A stretch of DNA of 64,000 nt from NCBI GenBank assembly GCA_977030845.1, contig OZ365109.1, forward strand, positions 13,082,001-13,146,000. Reading direction: 5' to 3'. Origin of the DNA: Fimbriosthenelais zetlandica. Lineage: Eukaryota. Below the pieces are notes generated by a model that had not been told where the DNA came from, made no database searches, and worked only from the letters and a program-made list of their open reading frames with translations. How positions within the stretch are numbered: the stretch's first letter is position 1; each line of letters begins with the position of its first letter. This document shows, one piece after another, positions 1 to 12,349 of this stretch. The translations under genes were made by a program, and so were the position numbers.

Positions 1-46
1 TCAGAAGGGATTAAAATTCTATACGGATTATTGATTTCACTTCAAT

Positions 47-180
47 GGGTGAGAGTGAGAGAGAAGTGGGTGGGTGGGAGAGGGAGGGAGAGATGGAGGA
101 GGGGTGTGGGATATAGGGGGAGAAAAAGAGGAGAGAGAGGGGAGAGGGAGAAGACAGAAAGAAAGAGAGAGAGAGAGAGT
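47..180. repeat. Purine (G/A)-rich low-complexity tract with a canonical G4 motif
   Basis: Almost only G and A; GGGTGGGTGGGAGAGGGAGGG at 68-88; the overlapping ORFs are compositional artefacts. Confidence 0.8.
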
Positions 181-188
181 AAATTTGG

Positions 189-387
189 CTCCACTGCTGC
201 GATTTTGCTTGCGACACTACTGCGACAAAGTTGATGCTTGTGTAGGAATTAAATTTATAAATTGAAGTTCTACTATCCAAGGTTTTAAGGCCGTCCTCAA
301 ATGGTTAATTTTTCATTGAGACACAAGCATTGATCAACTTTGTCGCAGAGGTGTCGCAAGCAAAATCGCAGCAGTGGAGTAGAGGCT
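189..387 (+). mobile_element. MITE family C copy 1 (PIF/Harbinger-like), left end truncated
   Basis: Long inverted arms CTCCACTGCTGCGATTTTGCTTGCGACAC / GTGTCGCAAGCAAAATCGCAGCAGTGGAG; right end GGCT followed by TTA; homologous to 4367-4693 and 15812-15993. Confidence 0.8.
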
Positions 388-638
388 TTAGAGAGAGGGT
401 GCATGGAGGAGATGCAGTCTACTGTCTAGAGACTGAGAGACATTATTACACTGATACCATCTCAAGCTTGATTGCATTCCTGTTCAATAATCAATGTTAC
501 ATTTAGTCGATATTTGACAGGAATTCAGATTCCTCTCAAGATGATATGAAATGATAGATAATGGAGTTCTCTAATATCCCTGATATCAAATACCAGAGCA
601 TGTCTGGGCTACCCACTAGATAAACGAGACCCCTATAT

Positions 639-1056
639 CTGACGCGTTTTCACTAAATGAGTCGAAAAATGAGTTAGTTGCAGATTCGTATAGAGCAGAT
701 CACGACTGTTTTAGCACAAGGAGAAGTATAGCACAAGGAGATGTGAAAAATATTTATATTTTTAATAAAATTTCAAAATATAAAAGTATTGACAGCAGAA
801 ACTAGAGAAAATGCCTATTTCAGATAATTATCTTTCTAACTGAAAGAAATCATGAAGGGACGAAACGCACAAAGTTGAACCTTTCTTAATTTCACCCAGA
901 AAAATAGTAAAAACATAGTAAAAATGTTTCCTTGCTTTAATAATTATTGTGAAAATGCCAAGAGAAATAAGTGGCTTGTGTACAACGGTTTCAGGCCTGT
1001 AGCGCCGAATGCATTGCCCTGTGAGACTTTAGACTCATTTAGTGAAAACACATCAC
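639..1056 (+). mobile_element. MITE family A copy 1 (4-bp TSD, Sola1-like)
   Basis: TIR (G/C)TGACGCGTTTTCACTAAATGAGTC ... GACTCATTTAGTGAAAACACATCAC; flanks ATAT/ATTT; interior shared with 7 other copies. Strand is an arbitrary family orientation. Confidence 0.9.
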
Positions 1057-3483
1057 ATTTATTGGATATAGTTTAAGGTAACAGATGATTTTAATGCCGC
1101 CATTTCAGAGCCCTTGATTTAAATCTCCATTAGAAACGAAAGTGCCTCAACCTCTGGAAACCTGGCTTGCTCCCTTTCTTTGATCATTTAAATATCGAGT
1201 GTGTCTCCCTCCTCTCTTTGGATTTCGATTGAATTAACTTTTATGGTCTGCATTTACATGTGTGGAGCATCTCTTTGATTGTGAGTAGTTTTTGACATAT
1301 ATTATTACTTCATTATCTTCCAAATCCTGTTATGCGAAGACGTAATTTCGGAGGTCGAGAATCGAAACAGTTGGGTTAATTCATATTTAAATCCTTAAAG
1401 GTTGCATACTTTTGAAAAAGGTTGCAATTTTCCTGACACGAATTGTTAACTTTTTTTCTGTAATTGCCTTCATAAGGAATGCAAGCCGCATACCAATCAA
1501 GGGGTGAATTACTCTATTCTTTCCCGTTCCCAGATCGGATGTCCGATGGCCATAAAAACAAGTACAATGAATACAAATCGCGCCCTTTTAAAGTGGTCGC
1601 TAACTTTTTTCATCTGATCCCAAGTGATCACTCTTCCCTGGCCAAGAATCTCCATTGTTGTGCCCTTTACACCGTGACAACAGTTTCTATAGAGAGCAGG
1701 ATGGCTCTAATCCTTTCCGGGGACTCATTCATTGCGAGAGGGGCCAATCCTTTTCAATCGGGACCAAATGGAGCGAACTGCCTATCCTCCAGAACGTCTG
1801 ACTCTCCGCTCATCCACTAGACTTGGTCCATTGAAGACCAGTGGATAGGGTTCTCTTGGGTGGGTAAGGAGAAATGGGAAGGGGGGGTTGGCAAAAGGAA
1901 TATGGGAGTGGTGACTTGGGGGGTTAGTACTCGTGTATTGGAACTGCCTATCTGGGCTGGGTTAGGGCCGTATAGTGCATAGAAGGATTCTATGCTGGAC
2001 GCTTCATAAAAGGCACATTTCGATGCTGGTCATTGGCAAAGCGAATAGTCCATTGACTGTCCCAGGGCAAAGTACACGTATACAGGCTGGTATGAAATGA
2101 CCCCTCATTTAGATGCACGGGCAAATTGCATTAAAATGCAATATAGCCTGCTCATCCATCACCAAACTTAATACAGATGATATATGTTAAAAAAGAGAAA
2201 GTGGAATTTAATATTCTATCGTGTGTATATTCACTTCAGCCAGTGAATGCTGAATGGCCCAGACTGTGGAATTTCCACTACTAAATTCGCCATATTCCTT
2301 GTTTTTTTCCTGCTTCAATTATGCCTGCCGCCTCATATTCAAGAGCTGTTCAGACGAGGAATAGCTTACATTTCACTACATTTCGTCAGCTTAAAAGAAT
2401 GAAATATCCCAAAGTCTTAAGTTGCACTTGGTTGTTTCCGAACGGCCTGGTCCTCAAAAGCCTTTAGTATTCTGCAGTCATTTTCAATTAGCCTCCACAA
2501 TAAAGGGCGTCTCGGTTTCGAAATTAGGTACAATGGAGAGGACGGGAGGCAATTGGTCCTGAAGAACAAAGTACACGTCCGGAGAAGACTTCCAATAAAT
2601 ATTATATTACACTGGTCGCTGCTGAGCTATTGGCTAGGGGGGCTCTACTCTCTGGGCTTTGTACAATTGAAGTCTGGTGTATACCATGGTTTGCTCCCAC
2701 AGCGCCAAACATATCCCTTTGACCGCTGGCGAAGATTGTCTTTGAATGGCTGTGAATCTTTTTGCTATTTTTTTTCACTCGCCAACATCTATCTCCTATA
2801 TACCTGACCTTCTCTTAGTGACTATCCATCTTCTTCGGAATGGAAAACATTGCCGTGATGGGATGGTGGGCCGGAGGGGTTTATAGTGCTTTCTCGTGGT
2901 ATGATTGAAAAGGATATGCTATACATATGTTCATTCGGACGTAGAAGATTTTCTAAATTGAAATTTGGTATCTCAGATCCCATGAGCAGTTCTTGAGTTA
3001 ATTTATTTATCCTGCATGGAGTCGGCTCAGCTCGGTTTTGAGGGGGTTGCTTCAAAAGGAACATTTATTAGCAATACTATGGTTAATAATTATTTGTTTT
3101 AAAACTGGTTCCAGGAGCCTGTTTCAAAACGAATATTAGCCATAGAGTTAGCATTGCTAATATTCCTTTTGGCCACAGATTGCTATGTACTAAGTTATAT
3201 GCCTATACATGGCTATAAATGGCTGTGAATACAAAAAGCATAGTTCATTAATTTTGTGGATTTTTTAAAAACTAAAATATCATTTTTCATTGATTGATGC
3301 CTATAGTTTGAATCCCTCAAATTTATATCCTAAATTTCAAATCCAGAAAAATCCAATGTGTCCGAGCCACTGAAAATTTGTCCATACAAGTAGGCCTACT
3401 CAAGAAAATTGCGCAAGCCACTGATTGTTTCCTCTAAGAAAAATCACTTCTTTGCTGCGGCAAATGACTTGCTGATGAACCAT

Positions 3484-3592
3484 CAATGGCTAATCCCGCC
3501 CTTCCCAAAAAGTCAAAGGAAATTCAATGAGCGGAGCCGCTCAAGCGTGACTACTGAATGACCTCCTCTGGAGAGGGCCAGCCATGGTGAGT
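3484..3592 (+). promoter_or_regulatory. Candidate first exon ending in an ATG-only coding part followed by a donor
   Basis: GCCAGCCATG|GTGAGT (ATG 3584-3586, near-perfect Kozak context, consensus donor); CCCGCCC upstream and local CpG enrichment. Downstream exon not identified. Confidence 0.35.
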
Positions 3593-3682
3593 GATTGTAA
3601 GGGTGAGGGGAGGGGAGCTGGACAATGATGGGGGATGGGTGAAGTGGGGGCAGGTTTCAGGGGATGCTGGACCCTGGGTGTT

Positions 3683-3684
<2 letters not shown>

Positions 3685-3762
<78 letters not shown>
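3685..3762. repeat. (GA)39 microsatellite
   Basis: Perfect dinucleotide run; explains the ERER and SLSL ORFs in the track. Confidence 0.98.
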
Positions 3763-3765
<3 letters not shown>

Positions 3766-3789
3766 ATATCAAATAAACCACCTCTTGTA

Positions 3790-3998
3790 CAAGGAGCCTC
3801 GCCAATCGCGAGGAGGGTGGGCGACGGCAAGCTCGTCGAGTGTTTGCTTTGTTCAAGTGCTGTTTTCTTGAAAAAAGTGCTTGGACAATTGCTTATTATA
3901 GCATTGTCCAAGCACAGTTTTTCTCAAAAATATTGCATTACAATACATTCGCTCAACGAAGGTACCCTCGCCGACCCTCGCCATTGACGATTTACTTG
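3790..3998 (+). mobile_element. MITE family D copy 1 (TA-flanked, Tc1/mariner-pogo-like)
   Basis: TA|CAAGGAGCCTCGCCAAT...ATTGACGATTTACTTG|TA; internal inverted repeats; homologous to 18493-18693. Confidence 0.8.
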
Positions 3999-4366
3999 TA
4001 CAAAACCCTGATTGTCTGGCCTTTCGGGAGACAGGCTATTGCCAAGGGGCAAGGTTTGATCTGAGGATTTTAACGCAAACGTTTTGAATTCCCATAAAGT
4101 TGCTTAATCAGCTTGCTTTGTAGGGGGTGGAGGGTAAGGGGGTGGGTGGAAACAATCGTGAACTTTGCCCCGCCCAGGTGTCTGTTACATTGGTGAGCAG
4201 GGTGAGTCGAGGCCTCAGGTCCATGGGGGATTTCCCCCAGACAATACATGCACCATCATGGGTGATGGGTGTTCTTATCACCAACCCACATGCATTTCTC
4301 CCTTCTCCTAGCCATGAAACCATCTGATAGGATCAACTGCCCAAATCTTCCTCTGTATAAAGGCCA

Positions 4367-4693
4367 AAAGCGGTACTCCGCTGCTGTGATTTTGCTTGCG
4401 ACACAACTGTCACAAAGGTAATGTGTCGCAGTAAAATTCATATTTTTTCAATTTCTTTTTTTTTTTATTTATCCAGAAGGGTTTGCAGGAAGTGTAGGTC
4501 AAGGGTCAGGGTCATTAGCGGTTGCATTGAAGTGGGGACCTGTCTCTCGACTCATGTTGTCAATTAAATCTATAAATTGTGAAGTGTGTACAAGGGCTTT
4601 AGTCTATCCTCCTCCGCTGGAATATTTTTCATCGGGCACAAGCATCACCCTCGTCTTAGTAGTGTTGCGAAATCAAAATCGCAAGAGTGGAGT
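4367..4693 (+). mobile_element. MITE family C copy 2, diverged and interrupted
   Basis: TACTCCGCTGCTGTGATTTTGCTTGCGACAC at left and CAAAATCGCAAGAGTGGAGT at right; unrelated sequence at about 4440-4555. Confidence 0.65.
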
Positions 4694-5559
4694 CCCACCT
4701 TTACATTCACAGAACATTTACGCATCGTAATATTTTAGTTTACAAACTGTACAAAAACCTTCAATTTTCTCTGGATTTTTTCTATTATTGATCTTTATTT
4801 CAAACTCTGTAATTTAGATGCAGAGATTGTGCAATCATTGCCCAATAGAAGACATGTACCCATGAAGATTATTGATTAGAGCATTATGTCAAAAATGTCA
4901 ATATGTAAATTATATAATATAATTATGTCAATATAATGTAATATATAATTGTATATAATAGGCATGAAATGTTTCAGGACAGTCTGAAAAAACGCCGAAA
5001 TAGTGGAAACCGTAATGTAAAATGTCCTTAAGAAATTTAAGAAATTTCAAACACCCAAAGAGGACTGCAATGAACTTGGGAGTTGGGTCAAGGGTGAGAC
5101 ATGTCTATTGAAGGCCGGGGTTGGGATGGGATGAAGAACTATGGGGAGCTACAAATAAATGGATCGGGTGAACATGTGAACGAACCAGTTCACCCTCTGT
5201 TGACATAAAGGTGAAGCAGTGCAATAGGCGATTACTTTTCAAACAATGATCTACTGCTAGTTCTCATAATTAATTGCATTGTGTTCAGCCATTTTCATTA
5301 ATCTTGCACCAATGGGTGTTTGCGTGATGAATTAATGACCGACGGTGCAAGGGGACTCGTGCTAACAACACAGAGAGAAGAAAGGAGAGGGGGAGTTGGC
5401 GGGGATGGTGGTGAGAACTAAACGGTACACGTGTTGTGGTCGGTGATAAAAAGAAACAGTCAAGTTTCAACCTCCACAATAACAAGCGATACTGGATCTT
5501 TTAAAAGGATTCATCTAGGCAATATTCATTATTTTTCTATAATTATCTACACAGTGTAT

Positions 5560-5916
5560 GTGATGTGTTTTCACTAAATGAGTCTAATGTCGCACAGGGC
5601 CATTCAGCGCTACAGAATGTAAACAAGCTATTTATTTCTCTATTTCATTTTCGCATTAAAAGCAGGTGTTTTGACTATATTTTTGTGAGTGAAATTGAAA
5701 ACAGGTGATCTTTGTGCCTTTTGTCCCTTCACAATATCTTCCAGTCGGACAGAAAATTGTCTGAAATGGACATTTTTTCCTGTGACTACTTATATTTTTT
5801 GCAATTTTATTAAAAAAATATATATATACGTATAAATATTTTTCACATTTCCGTGTGCTATATACATCATTGGAAATCTTTTTGCGACTTTAGACTCATT
5901 AGTGAAAACACGTCAC
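5560..5916 (-). mobile_element. MITE family A copy 2 (the only reversed copy)
   Basis: Starts GTGATGTGTTTTCACTAAATGAGTCTAATGTCGCACAGGGCCATTCAGCGCT, the reverse complement of the usual right end; ends AGTGAAAACACGTCAC. Confidence 0.9.
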
Positions 5917-6635
5917 ATAATATTATATATATCATATATCATTCATATGTTAGTGGTATCTAAATTCATGAATTAATTCATAACTAATACATGTGGCTTT
6001 TCGCTTGCCCGCATGACTAAAAAAATAACAGATATGCGATGGGAAATCACCCTGTCAGTTCTACTTTAATAATGAAAGACTTGAAACTTTTCAGCCCGTA
6101 GTCCATTTAGCCATTTCCAACTATGGCTTCGATGTCATTTTTTGCTGTTGAAAACTTAAATAGTATTTGACGGCTGAAGTTCGAAGACGTGCAGAGAGAG
6201 TGAGAATGAGGCTGAGAGGGAAAGTTATTTGCAATTTTCAAATCCTTATGGATGTTTCCTTCGCTGATAGAGAGGAGAAATGGGCTTGAGGTAGGGAAAA
6301 AAATCAACTCCCTCATCAATTGATCAAGTTTACCTTAGCTGTTTAATGAAGCTATCAATTTTCCCTGTGCTGCCTTCCATTCCAGCCATGTCTATTGGCT
6401 CGGCCAGCAAGATAAATTGAAGCCATCCACTGATATATAATGGCTTGTAACAAGGTGGGAGCAGGGGCTCAGACTGCTTTTAATCACCCCCATTCATTTT
6501 CTGAGACATTGCAAATCGTATGTGGACCCGTAAGAAATTCTGAAAAACTTTGGCAGTCTTGATGGTCTTGGCAGGTGCCATTATATGAACGTTTCGAGTC
6601 ACATATTATCCAGGTATATTATTTGGTTGGAAAAA

Positions 6636-6790
6636 CTGCCAGAATTCAGTCAACTCGCCTGCAGAATTCAGCCCAAAATTGACAAACTATAGTCTATCCC
6701 CCTGCAGATTGGGTCCACTCCCCTGCAGAATTCAGCCCAGAATTGGCAAGATTAGTTCCACCCACCTGTAGGTCTGGGTCCAGTACTTGT
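6636..6790. repeat. Degenerate tandem repeat, about 64-bp unit, about 2.3 copies
   Basis: CCTGCAGAATTCAGCCCA.AATTG.CAA at 6658 and 6722; partial copy at 6636. Confidence 0.6.
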
Positions 6791-9700
6791 AAGTATAGGC
6801 CCCGTGAAAAAAAACATCAATTAACATTTCAATTTATTACCACAATTCGCAATGCATGGATCTTTCTTTGTATCTTTTATTCTCCTCCCCACATAATGTG
6901 AAGAGCTCTAATAGATATGAACAAGCTGTATAGTCATTGCCAATTTATATGTAATCTCCAAGTGAAGATAATGATATACGCTATATTTAAGTGAAGAAAA
7001 CATTGATGGAGCCAGCCCACTCATATTATGTAGACATGTTACTTATAGGAGAGACTATTATGGAATATAGATAGCTGGTTATAACCACCCCCTCCACCTC
7101 CACGCCCCATTCATTCATTACTTGGTGAATGGAAAGCAGCATTTTGGTGAATTGGGCCTCAGCACTTATAGCTCAATCTAGTATGTATATCATATTCCAC
7201 AGAAGATTATTATGTCCCACAGAAGATTATTATAGAATACAATCATGGCAAATAACTCGGCAATTGGCAATTGCAAGCAAGGACCAGATGAGAAGCCATA
7301 ATATAAATGATTACCAATGGTGCATACCATTCAATTTGTGTTAGCATTTGCCTGTAGGCGTATATCTATTATACTGTAGCAAAATAGCAATTTCACTTGT
7401 ATGGTAAATGATTAGAAAGTATCTGGCTGGAATACTGCATATTAAACTGAATAATCCAGCTGCTGATGGAAATGGCAGTAGGCACATTTGCACGGTGTCT
7501 CATTAGAGATAATGAGATAATTCGTGGTAATTCGCCCTTTATAACGTCCCCAATGGCTTCCACCCATCCTTCACTTAATTCATGATGCTTGGCTGAAAGT
7601 CCATCCATGGATGCAGGTCTACCTCAACCTCACAATGGATCCACCCAAAAAAAACACGAATGTGGTATGGTATGGCTGTTGGTGATATGACCAATGATGG
7701 AATTGATATAGCCGGACATCTTTATTATGTACATATTTATATGCTATTTACCCATATAATACTGGTTTTGTTTGATGGTGGAAGCAGCTAGAATAAAGAG
7801 CTTATTTCCTCCTCTCCTGGATACATTATCAGTAAAGCGCTAGACTGCCTTAGTCAACTGGTAATAAAATAACAATAGAATTAACTCTCTTACATCAATT
7901 AATTTAAGTTTTTCTGTTTTCACATAGGCAATCACTCTGCATTCTTTATCCGTTATAATTATTAAGGTCCGATTCAATAAGAGGACTTCATCTTTTCTTG
8001 TATCTTCATCTTGTATAGTTGTATTCCAAACAGATTTTATAATCTCTGTTATATTTCTCCTTTTGTTGTACAATTCAATTTCATTTTTAATTTTCATTCA
8101 TCATTTTAAGTCTGATAGTTAGTTCATTTTGAAGTGAGGAGAGTCAATCAGCAAAGAGAGACAATCGGTAACAATAGTGAAAGACACTTTGCCAACTCAG
8201 CAGTTTGGTCTAAATGTTTTCTTAGAATTCTCCACAATGAGAAGCTCCATACAAAAGGTATGGGAGTTATTTTTGTCTGTTCCCTGAGAACATAATATGT
8301 TCAGTCCCTGGGGTCTGTCTATCCTGCTTTCTTTGTGTCGGAACACTGTTTTTATTCTAAATACAGGATTGATTGAATGTAAGAAGGGTTCCTTTTAATG
8401 TATTTCAGCGGTATACAAAATGTACAATCTTATTGCCAGGGAACGATTACGGAATATCCTGTCTTGCGGAATTCATATTGATATATTATGTGTCATCTTT
8501 AGTGATACGCTAACTTCCCATAATGGTTGGAACAGACTGCAAACGCCTCGGGTTGCTTGCGTTTTTTGTCATGCAGCTTCATCGCCTGTGCCATGAGCTC
8601 CATCACAAAAACGCTCTAACCATTCAATTACGCATACAGCCTTTTCACATTACATTTACAAATTTACTAAATGTACGATTGAATTTAGGTCCTATTCTAA
8701 CAATTGCTGATTACATCTACAGTGATCTCTTACAAGAGTAATTAATAACTCTCAGCCTCTTCTAAACATTTACGCCTTGTTATTTTTAGAGCCAGACTGC
8801 ATCTTTGGCATTATCCTGTGACAGTCTGAGACAAGGGTGGGTTGGGAGGGGGGGGGGGGTGAGGTAGGGGGGGGGACGCATTGACTAAACAGCACGATAA
8901 CAAATCCACAAAGAAGCATGGCAAACAACAAATTTAACTATCTTCATGCTTCGTTGAAGCTATAATGTTTGGCCCATTTTTTAAACCCCCTTTCAAACAG
9001 CCAGAGGACAGAGCACTTTTGTGTCTTGCCAATCCAAGAGCTGCTCTCTCATAGAAAGCAGATTTTGGGAAAGATTACAGTGTTTTTGCCTATGACGAGA
9101 GCTTTGATGTTTGTTTTTGTCATGGAAAACCTCTAGATCTGTGTTAACGTCAGTGGGCGAAAGGCGCGCTAGATTTGTCTTAGTGTTGTATTAGCACTGC
9201 ATGGATTTTGCCCGATAAATCCAGACCTTTCCTCTTTCAATATTTATACCGCGCAGACAGGGAGCTGTTTATCTATGGCAAATAATACTGCCTATACATA
9301 TCACATAATGATCGAGCCTCGTCCACGAAGGCAAAGCCAACCCTCGCCAAATTCTTTTCTAGATACAAAAAAAATACTGTCGCGTATTAAAGTCAAATAT
9401 AATGAAGGCCTGTTATTGAGATGCTGCGGCAAGGATCCATTTGGGCATAGAGTTACAATTTTAGAGTAGATGGCTTGATAGAAACATCCATGTAAAATCC
9501 ATGGTGGGGTGTATACACTGACATAACTGACTGACAATAACCGGCACATTATATATTACACTTTTATAATGGACAATTTGGGGATTTTCCAACCGTAATT
9601 TAAGGTCGGTGAAAGAATTTCCAGGTGGAGGAAGCTATACGATATAGTATTATAATTGTCGATTTTGATGGTTTTCCCATAATAAATAATTAGGGAATCT

Positions 9701-10177
9701 CTGAGATCTATTTAATGAGATAGGGTTGTAGGGCCTACATGAATCAACCATTATACTTTTTAGCCACAATTAGTATTTTATTAATTATGTTAAACTTTCA
9801 GCTATAATTGACAGTATGATTAAAACCTGCATTTTGTCCCAAATATAAGGTAGTAGGACTCAAGACAGTCGAGAAAAAATTCATCCTGTCAGAGTCAGTT
9901 CTGTGAAGAACAACTTAACAGCGAAATGTCATCTCTCGACGAAAATTAGTTCATTTGAGTTTTCTAACCCTAAAAATCATTATCACCCAATGTAGAAAGT
10001 AGCCTAAAGTATGTTTCTTCTGTGCAGAGCACTACATTGACTATGAATAGCATCAACATTAGCTGACATTATGTCGCGGTTGATACTTTATTCCTTTAGA
10101 CCTACCTCATAGTAATGTATAAGAGAAGCCATAGCTTCAGGGCTCTATGTAATATAGCAATAACAAATTATTCATAC

Positions 10178-10241
10178 CTGGTTCTTCTCCGGTTTCTTTC
10201 GGTCCATAGCAACGTAGATTCCTGGTATAGCTATTCTAGAT
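10178..10241 (-). CDS. Candidate internal exon (SRIAIPGIYVAMDRKKPEKNQ), product unknown
   Basis: cattgtag| acceptor and CAG|GTATGA donor; 64 nt, open in phase 2 to 0; no family recognised. Confidence 0.25.
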
Positions 10242-11538
10242 CTACAATGATGCAGCAGAAATAGGCATATACCAAAATGATCTAATGACATCCATGACAA
10301 AAATACATTCGCAGGACGGTCATAATTGTTAGCAATGGTCTATTTAAGGTGCCATTTCGAAAGTCTTTCTTCGAGAAAACGAACCAAAGGATAATTGGAC
10401 AATTTGAGAAAGTAGGCCTACACAGGAAGCACGTATATAGGCCTACAGATGGACCTCCTATAGCTCCTTTGACAGACAATTTGCCCATTTCATGAGCTTG
10501 TTATTTGCCCCAATTGATAAAATTTGCTGCCCTGTTCATGAAAAGAGCAAAATTCATGGTCTGCCCAATCTATATGAACTGGGCGGTTTCACGCAGGTGG
10601 AATATGCTTGCTCGAACCTTGGAATCTGGGAAGAGTCATTCCTGTTGGTGTCCTAAATTGTCATGCATGCCATTGAGAATTACTTCTCCTGATCAATTTA
10701 AAAGAATATGAGCCTAAATAATAAATTTTAAAAAAAATAAATAGAGAAAGTGAACGAACTATAGAGATCCCAGAAATTAAAATCAGTGCTCTTAAATTGG
10801 TGGAAGCTTCTCAAGGTCGACAGTGGTGTCGCAATCAGATTGAAACATAAAACTTTAATCTCAAACTTTGGTATCAACTGGAATGGCTTCTACCACAAAA
10901 GCACATTACCATTTCAATGTTATTACAAACTGATAAATGTCATGGGTAGGAAGCAACAAAGCAGGTGTGTTTGAGTGCTTTTTCATCAATGTTATTATCT
11001 TAATAATATTCTAAAACCGCCAATCCCACGTTTCCGATGCAATCGAACCCTCTTTAGATTACAATCTTTGTATAATTACTTTAGGATTTCAAAATGCTAT
11101 ATGGAATGTTCCCAGCTCCGTTACATGAATAGGAAATGAATCTTCTGGAATTGCCTTTGTGCCTGTCTATCAATAATTAAATCACATGATTTGAATATCT
11201 GCTCTTCACAATGATGTTGAATTTGTCAAAAGGGGGGCTTCGCACGACAATCTCTTTGCCAGCGGAGGGAATTGCTTTAATGGTGAGCCTAAACAAATAC
11301 CTCAAACAGTGTAATCTATGAGTGTGGAGTCTCCGTGACTCGGCTACATTTGTGAGGCATTCATAAGCTACAATACATAGATTAAATTAGAACGATACGT
11401 GAATTGATATAATCAATCACAATTCCTATTGCATTCCATGCATTTTTCATATAGGAGGACATCAAGATTAATGCACATACATGATCTGCAGGTGGAACTG
11501 TTTCCTCTGGATTATAGATATAGAATAGTGGTTGTTTA

Positions 11539-11784
11539 TGCCTGGAACACACTAATGCGATTCTCCAATTCGTCGCCATTCCAACCCCCATTTCTAATGA
11601 CATGACATCTAAAGATTGAAATTTTGTCAGTGGTTAGCCTACCCTATAGGTGTAAAGTACTGTTCAGATCAGAAGCATTTGGTGTGAATAGAAATATAGT
11701 GTCGGACAGCTATCAGATAGTGCCGGATAGAGAATCGGATTAACTAGTGTGTTTCTTTAGAATCGGATTAGTGCGTTCCTGACT
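11539..11784 (+). mobile_element. MITE family B copy 1 (PIF/Harbinger, Tourist-like)
   Basis: TTA|TGCCTGGAACACACTAATGCGATTCTCC ... GAATCGGATTAGTGCGTTCCTGACT|TTA; 3-bp TTA TSD; right TIR partly duplicated. Confidence 0.85.
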
Positions 11785-12195
11785 TTAGACAGAGAGATGA
11801 TGGGGCAAACATTGTAGCTTCAAGCAAAATATTTCCCGTTCAGCCAGAACACAAATCTTCAGATTTGAATCTTCTTTAGATTTGTTTTGATTTTTCATAG
11901 GAAAAAGCTTGCTTGACATTTTTAACGAGAGTTGAATAGGCCCTACTGAAGGTCCCACTTTCAATTTCCCCTCACCATTCTCTGTATACATCACTGCTAA
12001 ATGTATGGACTTTCTATGTCCAACCATGTATAAAAGGTGGGGGATATGGTGAGAGATATGTAAAGATCGAAAAGAGTATCTTGACTGTGGAGGGCCGACA
12101 ACTTGTTTCCTCCTACTCGCAACACGTGGTTCTGCATGTTTCGTATTGTTGCTCAAAATCACATGTGAATTCTCCATTTCTCATGGAACGTCGCT

Positions 12196-12231
12196 TCTGA
12201 TTGGTTGATATATCTGCATCAACCAATCAGA
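12196..12231. repeat. Perfect 14-bp inverted repeat containing two opposed CCAAT boxes
   Basis: TCTGATTGGTTGAT-8 nt-ATCAACCAATCAGA. Confidence 0.8.
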
Positions 12232-12349
12232 GACGTCCTACTATAACCACTTCGGCTAGGGATGTAAAGAAGATCGTGACGGGATCGTGAGAAGTTACGG
12301 AGATAAAGAGACTATTTCATCTTGTTTTAAGGTAAAAGTTTTGATATAT

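Noticed and set aside
3551-3987. ORFs with ERERER and SLSLSL runs
   Set aside because: These are translations of the (GA)39 microsatellite.
6107-6272. IHKDLKIANN resembling the kinase HRDLKxxN loop after a good acceptor
   Set aside because: The catalytic Arg and spacing are off, and no DFG or APE exon was found; likely chance.
7393-8097. Possible LINE remnant (RITTNYLIISNETPCKCAYCH and an 85-aa AT-rich ORF)
   Set aside because: The similarity to a LINE C-terminal cysteine motif is too weak, and no RT or endonuclease motifs are nearby.
11785-12177. 130-aa minus ORF between two transposons
   Set aside because: No recognisable domain or convincing splice structure; length is compatible with chance.
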